Position numbers and translations under genes: made by a program. Under the pieces are notes generated by a model that searched no databases, was not told the DNA's origin, and was given only the letters and a program-made list of their open reading frames with translations. This document shows positions 1 through 10,204 of a DNA stretch of 64,000 nucleotides, piece after piece (within the stretch, counting starts at the first letter, position 1; every line of letters starts with the position of its first letter). The stretch is taken from NCBI GenBank assembly GCA_963827685.1, contig CAWHBU010000002.1, positions 384,001 to 448,000 of the forward strand, read 5' to 3'. This stretch comes from an uncultured delta proteobacterium (GTDB lineage: Bacteria > Desulfobacterota > BSN033 > UBA1163).

Positions 1-2
1 GA

Positions 3-524
3 GTGAATGCTATCCTCCCTGAACGACCCCGGTTGGTCGTCTCGGGCATTAACAAGGGAGGAAACTTAGGGGATGATATTACTTATTCCGGAACCGTCTC
101 TGCCGCTTTTGAAGGGACCTTGTTAGGAATCCCTTCGTTCGCTATTTCCTTGGTTTCAAGGAGTCATTTCAAATTCAAAACCGCTGCCCGTTTTGCTCTG
201 AAAGTGGCACACCATATTCTTAAGGGGGGGCTTCCAAAGGATACGCTTCTCAATATCAATGTCCCTAATCTGGACGAAGAAAAAATCAAATCCTTTAAGA
301 TTACGCAACAGGGGAGATGGATCCATAATGGGAGTGGGGTAGTAGAGAAAATCGATCCAAGAGGGAAAAAATACTATTGGATCGGCGGCGGACAGCTGGT
401 TTTTGACAAGAGAGGGGACACCGATTTTGAGGCGGTGTCCAATTCCTATATCTCCGTCACTCCGCTCCATCTTGATTTGACGGACTATTCATCCATCCAG
501 CAGCTAAGAAAGTGGAGGCTTTGA
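3..524 (+). CDS. surE: 5'/3'-nucleotidase SurE (5' part lies outside the window)
   Basis: VVSGINKGGNLGDDITYSGTVSAA motif, LLNINVP, C-terminal ISVTPLHLDLT. Confidence 0.95.
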   Translation: MNAILPERPRLVVSGINKGGNLGDDITYSGTVSAAFEGTLLGIPSFAISLVSRSHFKFKTAARFALKVAHHILKGGLPKDTLLNINVPNLDEEKIKSFKITQQGRWIHNGSGVVEKIDPRGKKYYWIGGGQLVFDKRGDTDFEAVSNSYISVTPLHLDLTDYSSIQQLRKWRL

Positions 525-589
525 ATTTCACTCCCATTTTATCAAAGCAGGAGCAAATAGATTTCGTTTACGGAAAGATACTGAGCTAA

Positions 590-728
590 TAAATTCCAAA
601 TGACAAATTCCAAATTATAAATAAATTCCAATTTTCGAGCTCAAATTACCGAAACTAATTTGTTTGGAACATTTATGTTTTGAATTTGGTGCTTGTTTGG
701 GATTTGTCATTTGGGATTTGGAATTTTA
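590..728. repeat. Imperfect intergenic palindrome built of ~7-nt units
   Basis: Left arm AAATTCCAAATGACAAATTCCAAA, right arm TTTGGGATTTGTCATTTGGGATTTGGAATTT. Confidence 0.7.
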
Positions 729-772
729 ACTGGGATTCAAAATAAGGCAGTCAAATATTAGCAAAATTTCAG

Positions 773-2116
773 ATGGGAAAACACGTTTACATCGAGACTT
801 ACGGTTGCCAAATGAACGAGCATGATTCGGAGCGGATGCTTCGGCTCTTAGAGGGGATCTCTTACTCCGAGACGAAAGAAGCCAAAGAGGCCAACCTCAT
901 CCTCATCAACACTTGCAGCGTCCGGGAGAAACCAGAACATAAAGTCTATAGCGCCCTGGGAAGATTTAAGGAATTGAAGGAGGAAAGGGGCACGATCATC
1001 GGCGTGGCCGGATGCGTTGCTCAGCAGGAAGGCAAACGTCTCTTAGACCGGATACCTTATCTGGATATGGTTATCGGAACACAAGCGATCCCAGCACTTC
1101 CGGATTTGGTGCAAAAAGTTGAAGCCCTCGGTCAAAGGATCTGTGAAATAGGCTTCGATACAGAGGGAGAGTATCTGAAGACTCCTTTGCTCCCGAGACC
1201 CCCCGTGGCCGAATCTATTCGACTGGTCAAACTGAAATCCTATGTGACCATCATGCAGGGATGTGACCGTTTCTGTTCTTTTTGCATTGTTCCCTATGTG
1301 AGAGGAAGGGAGAGGAGCCGGCCGAGTCACGAGATTATTGAAGAGGTGAGAGACTTGGCTGAGATGGGCGTGAAAGAAGTCTGCCTTCTTGGTCAGAATG
1401 TCAATGGTTATGGGAAGGGAATAGGAGGAGAGTTAAGATTTCCAGAACTTCTCCACCGGATCAATGAGGTAAATGGTATCGAGCGGATTCGGTTTACCAC
1501 CTCCCATCCTGCAGATCTATCGGAAGAGTTGATTCAGGCCTTTTCTGACTTGCCTAAACTCTGTGAGCATATCCACCTCCCTTTTCAGTCGGGATCGAGT
1601 AGAATTCTAAAAGCAATGCATCGGGGGTATACGAAAGAATCCTATCTTGAAAAAATAGACCGCCTGAGAGAAGGCTGTCCCTCGATTGCTTTGACTGCTG
1701 ATGTGATCGTGGGATTTCCAGGTGAGGAGGAAAGGGACTTTGAGGAGACATTAGAACTTCTTCAGAAGGTTCGATTCGATGACCTCTTTTCCTTTAAATA
1801 CTCACCCAGAAAAAGGACACGAGCCGCACAATATGAGGACCGTGTTCAGGAGCAAGTGAAACAGGATCGATTGACGATCCTTCAGGGAATCCAAAAGGAA
1901 ATTACGCTTCAAAAGAATCAGGAATTAGAGGGTCGTGTGGAAGAAGTATTAGTCGAAGGCCAGAGCAAACAGAGCACCCAAGATGTGACCGGCCGAACCC
2001 GATCCAATAAGATCGCCAATTTTGAAGGCGATTTAAGTTTGGTGGGGAAATTGGTTCCTGTCCGAGTTGTAAAAGGTTATGCCCATTCTCTCAGGGGGGA
2101 GATATTTTCAGATTGA
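773..2116 (+). CDS. miaB: tRNA-i6A37 methylthiotransferase MiaB
   Basis: TYGCQMNEHDSE N-terminus, radical SAM CDRFCSFC motif, C-terminal TRAM domain. Confidence 0.96.
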   Translation: MGKHVYIETYGCQMNEHDSERMLRLLEGISYSETKEAKEANLILINTCSVREKPEHKVYSALGRFKELKEERGTIIGVAGCVAQQEGKRLLDRIPYLDMVIGTQAIPALPDLVQKVEALGQRICEIGFDTEGEYLKTPLLPRPPVAESIRLVKLKSYVTIMQGCDRFCSFCIVPYVRGRERSRPSHEIIEEVRDLAEMGVKEVCLLGQNVNGYGKGIGGELRFPELLHRINEVNGIERIRFTTSHPADLSEELIQAFSDLPKLCEHIHLPFQSGSSRILKAMHRGYTKESYLEKIDRLREGCPSIALTADVIVGFPGEEERDFEETLELLQKVRFDDLFSFKYSPRKRTRAAQYEDRVQEQVKQDRLTILQGIQKEITLQKNQELEGRVEEVLVEGQSKQSTQDVTGRTRSNKIANFEGDLSLVGKLVPVRVVKGYAHSLRGEIFSD

Positions 2117-2286
2117 ACTTCTATTCCGAAATCTGCAATCCGAATTCTGCAATTAAGAATGGGTTTACCCCCACTCCCTCCGCGGAGAGATTTGAAGTTC
2201 TGAGTTCGGCCGTCCCCGCAGTGCCACCTCCGCTGAAGTAGCTAAGGCTACGTAGGCCGGAAGCGCAGGTATGGAAAGGAGATTCC

Positions 2287-3276
2287 ATGATGCGATTCGA
2301 GCAAACCTTCATGAATTTTCTTCTTCAGCACCAGGAGAAACATAACCGGACATACCATTTCCTCATCCTGATGGACGCCATGATCAGTGCGGCAAGGCAT
2401 ATCCAGCACTACTATCTAACCGGTGCCTTAAAGGGAAATCTCGGCTTAGCCGGTGACGTAAACGTTCAGGGCGAGGATGTCATGCGTATGGATCAAATCG
2501 CCCAGGAGATCACCATCCATTATTTGAAGACCTCGGGCCGGGTCATTCATGCGGTCAGTGAAGAATCCGAAGCGATCATCCCGCTCAATCCCGACGGAGG
2601 ACGGTATTTTGTCTATTTCGACCCCATGGATGGTTCATCCAATATCCCCCATGGACTGCCGGTCGGGTTTCTATTCGGGATTGCTAAACGTAATCTGGAA
2701 GGGCCTGAGGACGGCCACCTGAGGGCCGGGAAAGATTTTATTGCTGCCGGTATGTTTGTGATTCCAACAGGGACGTTCACCCTCGGACTCAAGGATGCGG
2801 GTACGTGGCGGTTCCACATCGACGAGACCATGACGTATGTCAGGCCGACTCAAATGATCCTTCCTGAAGACACCAAGAGCTGGGAGTTGTCATTCAATGC
2901 GTCCAACCGGAACACCTATGCTGAATGGGTACAGAAATGGATTCTGGAGAATGAAAGTAAGTATGCTTTCAGGTACCTCGGCGCGTTAGCCGGAGATTTT
3001 CACAGGATTCTGGCGAACGGCGGTATGTTCATGTACCCCGCCATCGTCAATCATCCAAATCCGAAAAAGAACCGCCCCGAGGGCAAACTGCGGCTCATGT
3101 ATGAAGCCGCGGTGGTGGCTTTCATGTGCCGCGAAGCAGGCGGGTCAGCCGTCAATGAGGAGGGAATTCCGATTCTCGATATCCAACCGAAGAAACATCA
3201 CCAGCGAACAGCGCTCTATGTCGGTTCGAAGAAATTGGTGGAAGATATTGGGCAGGTCTTAAAGAACAAAGGTTAA
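2287..3276 (+). CDS. fbp: Fructose-1,6-bisphosphatase class 1
   Basis: NVQGED, SEE, FDPMDGSSN, RYLGALAGDFHR, GKLRLMYEA motifs; RBS AAGGAG. Confidence 0.92.
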   Translation: MMRFEQTFMNFLLQHQEKHNRTYHFLILMDAMISAARHIQHYYLTGALKGNLGLAGDVNVQGEDVMRMDQIAQEITIHYLKTSGRVIHAVSEESEAIIPLNPDGGRYFVYFDPMDGSSNIPHGLPVGFLFGIAKRNLEGPEDGHLRAGKDFIAAGMFVIPTGTFTLGLKDAGTWRFHIDETMTYVRPTQMILPEDTKSWELSFNASNRNTYAEWVQKWILENESKYAFRYLGALAGDFHRILANGGMFMYPAIVNHPNPKKNRPEGKLRLMYEAAVVAFMCREAGGSAVNEEGIPILDIQPKKHHQRTALYVGSKKLVEDIGQVLKNKG

Positions 3277-3312
3277 GGTTGAGGTTAAGGTTAAGGTTAA
3301 GGTTAAGGTTAA
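3271..3312 (+). repeat. Hexamer tandem repeat (GGTTAA)x7 overlapping the fbp stop
   Basis: ggttaa ggttga ggttaa ggttaa ggttaa ggttaa ggttaa read directly. Confidence 0.9.
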
Positions 3313-3496
3313 CATTAACCTCAAGATAAGATTAATACTGAGATTTCTGATTTCAGAGTTGAAGAATCGAATCACGAATCACGGACACGAGACACGTCAT
3401 TTAGTAAAAGTAGGTTGAGGTTGAGGTTCCTGATTTAAGAGTTAAAGAAGCGAATCACAAATCACCAACGCGAGTCACCTTAAAAGGAGAGAGGCC

Positions 3497-4789
3497 ATGG
3501 CCAAAAGGAGAGTTTCTTCAACCGGTTTTAAAAAAGCCCTTGAGATAGGAAGACCCCCCAATATTAAGAAGCTTTTTCCCAATTCCCAAGCCTTCATCGT
3601 GAGCGGAAAAGTGATAGACCGGGCCATGATGGCTAAAGGAAAAGCTGTGGCAATGGCTGCAAACGGCCGAAATCAATTTGTCATCCGGGGAGTGCTTCTG
3701 GCCGCCCAGCGCGCCAATGCTCCTGTTATTATCGAGATCGCAAAATCGGAAGGAGGCACAAAAGCCTATTGCGCAGTGAACTACTGGAATATTGCCATGG
3801 TGGTCGATGCCCTCTGCAACGAGCTTGGCATCACCATTCCGGTGGCAATCCATGCCGACCATTATGGGATTAGGAACGATAAGGACCTTGAAGCGGCAAA
3901 GGTTGAGATTCCGAGCTTCTTTGACGCAGGAATGACTTCGGTTGCCATTGATGCCTCTCATCTTCCGGATGACAAAAACCTTTTGGCCAATATTACCATC
4001 AATCCTTATATCCCTAAATGGGCAGGGCTTGAGACAGAAGTAGGTGAGATTAAAGGAGAGGAAGGTCTTTCAACAGTGGAAGAGGCCGTGTTTCTCATCC
4101 AGGGGCTCAACGCCCATAACATCTTCCCGGATTGGATTGCTTTAAACAATGGGACAACGCATGGCATCGAAGAGAAGGATTCCGGGATTCATGTGCCATT
4201 AACCGCAGATATTCACAAGGCCATAGAGAAATATAAAGTCTCCGGCGCCCAGCATGGAACATCGGGTAACAGCTCCGAGAGGCTTCGTCAAATCGCAGCC
4301 CAGACTCATACCACTAAAGCCAATGTTGCCACAGCCCTGCAGATGATCACGTGGGGTGTACAGGTAAATGATTACGGGAATGCCATTCTTGATGCAGAGG
4401 GAAATTTCAGCAAAGTGAAGGGAGAAGGCGTTTCGGAGGAGATGTGGGCTGAGATGGTGACTTATGCCCAATCGAAAAACTGGAAGAAGGGGGACTACAA
4501 AAACCTCAGCCTCCCGTTTGAAAATAAATTACTTGCCCAGCCAAAAGAGATCAGAGATCGGATGGTAGAGGAAGTAGAGGACTTTGCTTACAAGATGATG
4601 ACTGAGGTCTTCAATTCCCAGGATACAGCTTCCCTGGCCATCGAGGCCATTTTGAAAAAAGGTTCCTATCATCTTGGTCCTAAAGGTAGACGGATGGAAA
4701 ACCCCGCCGAATGGACGGAAAGTAAGATCGTGGAACGGTTTGCCAAACTTGGAACCGACAAGGGCCCCGCAGGCAAATTCGAGGATTGA
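3497..4789 (+). CDS. fba: Class II fructose-bisphosphate aldolase
   Basis: AIHADH, DASH, ETEVGEI, NGTTHG, QHGTSG, KANVAT motifs; follows fbp. Confidence 0.9.
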   Translation: MAKRRVSSTGFKKALEIGRPPNIKKLFPNSQAFIVSGKVIDRAMMAKGKAVAMAANGRNQFVIRGVLLAAQRANAPVIIEIAKSEGGTKAYCAVNYWNIAMVVDALCNELGITIPVAIHADHYGIRNDKDLEAAKVEIPSFFDAGMTSVAIDASHLPDDKNLLANITINPYIPKWAGLETEVGEIKGEEGLSTVEEAVFLIQGLNAHNIFPDWIALNNGTTHGIEEKDSGIHVPLTADIHKAIEKYKVSGAQHGTSGNSSERLRQIAAQTHTTKANVATALQMITWGVQVNDYGNAILDAEGNFSKVKGEGVSEEMWAEMVTYAQSKNWKKGDYKNLSLPFENKLLAQPKEIRDRMVEEVEDFAYKMMTEVFNSQDTASLAIEAILKKGSYHLGPKGRRMENPAEWTESKIVERFAKLGTDKGPAGKFED

Positions 4790-4883
4790 GAAATCCAGCG
4801 GCGCAGTTAAAATAACTAAGCATTGAGTTTTAAAATTTACTTAACTATAGTGTACAACCTAGATATGTTGACATCCTCAATGT

Positions 4884-4971
4884 GTCATTGCGAACGAAGT
4901 GAAGGTCGATACGACCCACGTCGCTTCGCCCTGTACACCAAGCGGTGCAGGGCTTCGCTCCTCGCAATGAC
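4884..4971. repeat. REP-like palindromic element
   Basis: GTCATTGCGA...TCGCAATGAC terminal inverted repeat between convergent genes. Confidence 0.7.
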
Positions 4972-5065
4972 TACTTTTGTGTGTCGTTCGCAATAACTTG
5001 AGTATGTTCCTGTAACCATCCCCCCCTATAGCCATCCCGACACAAAAGACCAAACTTTAATGGCT

Positions 5066-5737
5066 TTATTTTTCTTCGGGAAAGAAATGTTCGAACTGGA
5101 TGACTTGACCCGGAGGCACGACGATAAACTCATCATCCCACGGCCCATCAATCATCTTTTTCACCAGGGCTGTCGATCCTTCAATTTCTTCATACCTGAG
5201 CCCAAATCGCTCTGCGGTGCGCCGCGCATAATCGCGGTACCGTTCCAATTCGTGCTGACCCGTATTGATTAACGCTAACCGCTTGTAGTTTTTGAGCATC
5301 AGACGTGTGAGCCGCTCGGCGAGTTCCAGGCCACGGGTTGCCACCATCCGTTCGTATTCGGCAAAGGGAGTATCGCCTACCTCAATCCAGCCCTTGGTCA
5401 AGTAATATGTTCCCGGTTCAGAACGAGACTGTTGTCGGTAAGCCGAGTATGAGCCTAAAAAAATCGCAATGCAGTCATCCACGCGCGGCACAACCAGTGT
5501 ACAGTCCGTGGCCCGTATTCCGAGAACACCTTTTGAACAAAGCCCATAACCCAGGATGATCGTATCCGCCTCGTTGCTCGATGCATCAATGGCCTCCTGC
5601 AGGGCATGGCGGAGTTTCTCAGGGTCAATGTGCAGGCCAAAGTCAAGAGTCCGGTGCCCTACATCAGGAGGTAAGAGAGGCAACATCTCTTCGATGACAG
5701 TGGCACAGGCAATTACCATTTTACGTGTTTCGGTCAT
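5066..5737 (-). CDS. DUF1638-family protein
   Basis: IAC, GLH..PEKLR..LQ, LGYGLC, PRVDDCIAIFLGS, YYLTKGW motifs. Confidence 0.8.
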   Translation of the reverse strand: MTETRKMVIACATVIEEMLPLLPPDVGHRTLDFGLHIDPEKLRHALQEAIDASSNEADTIILGYGLCSKGVLGIRATDCTLVVPRVDDCIAIFLGSYSAYRQQSRSEPGTYYLTKGWIEVGDTPFAEYERMVATRGLELAERLTRLMLKNYKRLALINTGQHELERYRDYARRTAERFGLRYEEIEGSTALVKKMIDGPWDDEFIVVPPGQVIQFEHFFPEEK

Positions 5738-5889
5738 ACAGATTCCTTAAGATCACCTACATATAAATATAACTCAACTGCCACCGAAATTTAAATGGGG
5801 ATAATTATCCCAAATTCCGATTTAGAGAATGAACCTCTTTTCCTATTCTGCACCTAAAAGGTGCGTGCCTGCACGCCGAAGTGCTTGCC

Positions 5890-6478
5890 TTTGTTTGTTA
5901 AAAAAGGAGCTAAGCCCTGGATGCCATTCCCGTGGGTCTGTTATGCCGTTGGAGCGATATTCCTTTTTGTCGGCCTTGAACACTATTCTTATCCCTCACC
6001 CTGGCTTGCCTTGAATGCCTCTTTTTTGCCCAACGTCATTTTTGTATTCTCTCTCTGGGCGGGTGCCCGCCTCACCCGTCGACTCGATCTGAAACTCGAG
6101 GCAGATGTGCAAGGGCTGGCCGGCCATGCATTTTTGGCACTGCTGGTTGCAATGGAATGTGTACGCTGGAGTCACTACACCAGCATCATCACTCCTAAGA
6201 CGGGCTTCAGTCTGATTTCGGCTGCCTGGGCCGTACAGGCTTTTGTTGTCATTTGGATCGGTTTGGCCAGACGATCTCCTCTTCTTCGTTATCTTGGATT
6301 TGCTTTATTCCTCCTGGCGGTAGGTAAAACATTGATCATTGATACGAGTGAACTTGAGAAGGTCTATCGTATCGTATCTTTTGCGGCGTGTGGTCTGCTT
6401 CTGGTGGCGGCCGGCTATTTCTACCAGCGTTATAGCCCAAGGATATTGGAAAAATTAGATTCGGAGATAAAGAGATGA
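5890..6478 (+). pseudogene. C-terminal part of a DUF2339-type membrane protein, 5'-truncated
   Basis: Hydrophobic helices ending in KTLIIDTSELEKVYRIVSF...GYFYQR; no plausible start; a small repeat sits at 5860-5885. Confidence 0.6.
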
Positions 6479-7790
6479 AAAAACTCCTGGTATTGATCCT
6501 TTTGATCAGCATAGCAACTTCTGTCCATGCGGCGATCGACCTTACAGGGTGGAGCTGGCAGCGTTCCATTGATGTACGAACGTCCGCGGGATTTGTTCGC
6601 CTCGCCATCACTCCTGAAATTTTTAACGAGAGTCAGGCAACACTTGATGATCTCCGAGTGATCGACGAGAACAGAAGACTCGTCCCCCATGTCATTCACT
6701 GGGGGAGGGTGAAAGAAACCCAACACCTGGAGTGGTAACCGGCCCGGCTACTGAACGAAACATTTGTTCCGGGGAAGTATGCTACGGTGACAGCGGACTT
6801 CGGGGAGTTGACTGAAAAAAACCATATTATGGTAAACCTATCCGGTCAGAATTATCGGCGCCGGGCCCTGCTTGAGGGAAGTCATGACGGCCGGGTTTGG
6901 GAGGTGGTTGCTGAAGAGGTATGGCTTTTTGATGTGAGCCTGCCGGGCCAAAATTTTAAGGTGGACGCCATCAAATTCCCTACCAATAACTTTCGTTATC
7001 TTCGATTGACGGTTTATAACATGACCGATGACCCGAGGCGCATTACCATCGAAGCGGTCAAAGGCGCCTTCCAACGAGCCGAAATGGAAAAAGAACTGGT
7101 ACCCGTGCCCGTAAAGCAGATAGTTGTGTCCCACGATGAAAAGAAAAATCAGACGGTGATTGAGTTAGACCTCGCTTTTCGCAACCTGCCTGTGGCGAAT
7201 CTCCAAGTTGAGACTCCACCTCCTATTTTTATCGCGGCTATGAACTTCTTGGGCGGAATGAGCCGAAGGAGAGAGTTCCGCGCAAGACAGAAACCAAATG
7301 GGACACCATTGAGCGGGAGGTTCCCTGGAGATCGATTGACCGGGGAGTTTTATACCGGATTCAGCATAAACAAAAAGTGAGTGAATTGCTCAGAGTCGAA
7401 AACATAAACGCTCCATACCGGTTTCTGCAAATCTGCATTTATAACGGAGACAACCCGCCATTGAAGATCGATAAGATTTCATTGTATCGACGTGATACCA
7501 GTTTGGTTTTTCAGGTTCAGTCGGGTCAGGCTTATACATTGATTGGAGGAAATCCAAAAACCGGCGGGGCAAACTACGATCTTGCCCGGTCCATTCAGGG
7601 GGTTGACGAATTTAAGCTGCCGGTGGTGAGTCTCGGTGCGTCAATTCCCATTCCCCACAAAGAGAAAATGGCTCCTTGGACTGAACGCCACGGTACTCTC
7701 CTGTGGATCGTTCTTATACTTGCTGTGGTTGGAATGCTGATCCTTATTGTGAGAAGTATAAAGAAGCTTCCATCGCAAGGGAAAAGGTAA
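6475..7790 (+). pseudogene. DUF3999-like exported protein broken by an in-frame TAA and a frameshift
   Basis: Signal peptide, DLRVID..VP motif, TAA at 6736-6738 with the same frame continuing, frameshift near 7205-7220, C-terminal TM (WTERHGTLLWIVL). Confidence 0.7.
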
Positions 7791-7808
7791 GGTTGTTCAA
7801 TCGACGAC

Positions 7809-9740
7809 CTATTTCTTACCAATCTCCTCCAACACGACCTGCACAAGACTATCCACATCTAATCCTTGCATCCGGTAAAGCTCATCGGGTTTACCGGAAC
7901 TGCCATACTGAGTGATTCCAAGCTTCCGAAGACGGATCCCCAGACCTTGTCCTGCGAGAAAGTTGGCAATGAGGCTTCCCAGGCCAGTTTGAATATGATG
8001 GTCCTCATAAGTGATGATGATTCCTGTCTTAGCCGCTTTGAGGATCACCTCCCTATCCAATTCGCCCAAGCAGGAGATATTAATTACCTGAGCATAGATT
8101 CCCCTTTCTCTTAATATTTGACAGGCCTGGACAGCCCTGTAAACCATCCCCCCTGTGGTAAGTATCGCCGCATCTTTTCCATTCCTTACCAGATCGGCCT
8201 GACCGTATCGAAACTCATAAGAAGGGCCAAATAAGGGAGCTCCTTCTTCTGTGAGGAGGATTGGTATTGCAGAGCGACCCATCGGGACGAGAAAATTGCC
8301 ATAGGTTTTTGCCACATACCTAATGACACGATCCGTTTGATTGGGGTCAGCCGGAATAATGATTTTATATCCGAAGAGATTTTGCATCACCCCGACATAG
8401 TCAATACATTGATGAGTTTTCCCATCTTCACCTACATCAAGGCCATTATGGGTGCAGACGAGTTTAAGGTTTGTCTCATTGATATCGTTAAGGCGGTGTT
8501 GGTTATAGGTCTCATCCACACCAAAGACGCCAAAGTCGGCAAAGAAAGAGAGAAAACCGAGTGTAGAAATGGCCCCGGCGATGGTGGCAGTATTATGCTC
8601 CTGGATTCCTCCTTGGAAAAAATGATTCGGAAACTGCTTAGCGAACCCTGCCGTTTTCACAGAGGAGGCTAAATCACAGTCGAAGACTGCAATGGAAAGA
8701 GGGGAATCCTCCCGGAAATTGGCTTTAGCGATATCCACCAAGGCATTTCCAAAGGCGCTTCGATTATCTATTTTCTGGTCTTTCTCATAATTTCTCGGAT
8801 TCCCAGTCGAGATGGAAGGAACTTCCAGAGGATATTTTCGTCCGTCGAATGGAAAGGGACCTTTCTCGCGAATTTGGCGGTATCGATACAAATCATCTTC
8901 GACTCCCAACTCCTGAATCGCCTTTTTATATTCCTCAAGGGTAAGGGCTCTTCCATGAAATTCTTCTTTCCCTTCCATAAAAGAAACTCCTTTTCCCATT
9001 GTGGTATTTGCAATGATCACCGTGGGGTGTTTGGAAAGGGTCGCTTTTCGCAAGGAAGCATAGATTTCTTGAAATTGATGGCCATCTATTTCCATGACCT
9101 GCCATCCATCGGACTTAAAATTCTCTGAGATATTTTGTGGCATGATCTCCTGGGTGACTCCACTAATCTGCCTACAGTTGAAGTCGATGATCACAGTCAG
9201 GTTGTCAAGACCATATTTCATAGCAAAACGACGGGCCTCAGAAATTTGACCTTTCTGCTGTTCGCCACAGCCCATGGTGACAAAAACATGAAATCCTTTC
9301 TTTGAAATCTTTGATCCCAAAGCAAATCCACACCCCGCTGACAATCCCTGTCCCAAATTGCCGGTATTCCACTCCACCCCCGGAATGCTTTTCTCAACAT
9401 GCCCTTCAAAAGGACTTCCCGTCTTACGAAACGCAGCAATGGCTGCCTCAATCGGAAAGAAACCTATGCGGCCTAAAGCCGCATACACTCCCGGAGAGGT
9501 ATGGCCATGGCTGATCACAATCCTATCCCTATTTGGGTCTGATGAAGATTGGGGATGAATATTGGCATATGAATAGAGAACGAGATAGAAATCGATCGAG
9601 GACATGGACCCTCCGGGATGTCCAGATCCGGCAAGGGTCGTCATTTTTAATATATCGCCTCTCGCCAACCTCGCCAGTTCGGATAACCTTTTGAGAGATT
9701 CTTCATCCAATTTTTTGGCGCCAAATCTTTTCTTACTCAT
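7809..9740 (-). CDS. tkt: Transketolase
   Basis: SGHPGGSMS, SHGH, GNLGQG, GIQEH, DGKTHQ motifs. Confidence 0.93.
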   Translation of the reverse strand: MSKKRFGAKKLDEESLKRLSELARLARGDILKMTTLAGSGHPGGSMSSIDFYLVLYSYANIHPQSSSDPNRDRIVISHGHTSPGVYAALGRIGFFPIEAAIAAFRKTGSPFEGHVEKSIPGVEWNTGNLGQGLSAGCGFALGSKISKKGFHVFVTMGCGEQQKGQISEARRFAMKYGLDNLTVIIDFNCRQISGVTQEIMPQNISENFKSDGWQVMEIDGHQFQEIYASLRKATLSKHPTVIIANTTMGKGVSFMEGKEEFHGRALTLEEYKKAIQELGVEDDLYRYRQIREKGPFPFDGRKYPLEVPSISTGNPRNYEKDQKIDNRSAFGNALVDIAKANFREDSPLSIAVFDCDLASSVKTAGFAKQFPNHFFQGGIQEHNTATIAGAISTLGFLSFFADFGVFGVDETYNQHRLNDINETNLKLVCTHNGLDVGEDGKTHQCIDYVGVMQNLFGYKIIIPADPNQTDRVIRYVAKTYGNFLVPMGRSAIPILLTEEGAPLFGPSYEFRYGQADLVRNGKDAAILTTGGMVYRAVQACQILRERGIYAQVINISCLGELDREVILKAAKTGIIITYEDHHIQTGLGSLIANFLAGQGLGIRLRKLGITQYGSSGKPDELYRMQGLDVDSLVQVVLEEIGKK

Positions 9741-9940
9741 CTTCTACCTCCGTCGCAACACAGATTAATCCTAATAGCATATTTGTTACCTTTTTGGAAA
9801 GAGGATATTGTTACGAAGGTATATATTAAGAACATTATCGTTTCATTATCATTGACAATCTTTGAATTTGGTTATATTCGTTAGAAAATGATCTCAGAAT
9901 AACTTCAAAGATTCTCCTCTTCCCTCGGTGGGAGAGGATT

Positions 9941-10007
9941 CACACTGTTAGATAGAAAAATATATGTCTCTGACGTTGGTTTAGAAGAAGCCTTATCTAA
10001 CAGGGTG
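9941..10007. repeat. Miniature inverted-repeat element (ACCCCGTTAGAAA-type family), nested in a REP-like hairpin
   Basis: CACACTGTTAGATA...TATCTAACAGGGTG; related copies at 40468-40569 and 41074-41176. Confidence 0.6.
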
Positions 10008-10058
10008 AAGGCGAGGGGGGATCCAAAATTGCCTTGTCACCCCCACCCAACCCTCCCC

Positions 10059-10078
10059 CCTGCCTACCGGCAGGCAGG
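10059..10078. repeat. 20-bp palindrome CCTGCCTRCCGGYAGGCAGG
   Basis: Also present at 27568-27587 and 43230-43249. Confidence 0.75.
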
Positions 10079-10204
10079 CATCAAGGGAGAGGGGAATTAA
10101 TGGTATTGTCATCGTTCGTGAGGGCCGTATCATTCATGAACCATTGATTAGAAAACTTAATAAGAAAGTGAAGATTGGAAGTATCTTTGCTTAGGGAGGA
10201 TGCT

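Noticed and set aside
2156-2280. Riboswitch upstream of fbp
   Set aside because: GC-rich hairpins (GTAGC-TAAG-GCTAC) look like the local palindromic repeats; I recognise no riboswitch consensus
3271-3312. Telomere-like repeat or phase-variation tract
   Set aside because: Short, lies at and after a stop codon, and belongs to the general intergenic periodic tracts
6736-6738. Recoded stop (selenocysteine or pyrrolysine) in the DUF3999-like gene
   Set aside because: The codon is TAA and a separate frameshift follows, so pseudogenisation is simpler
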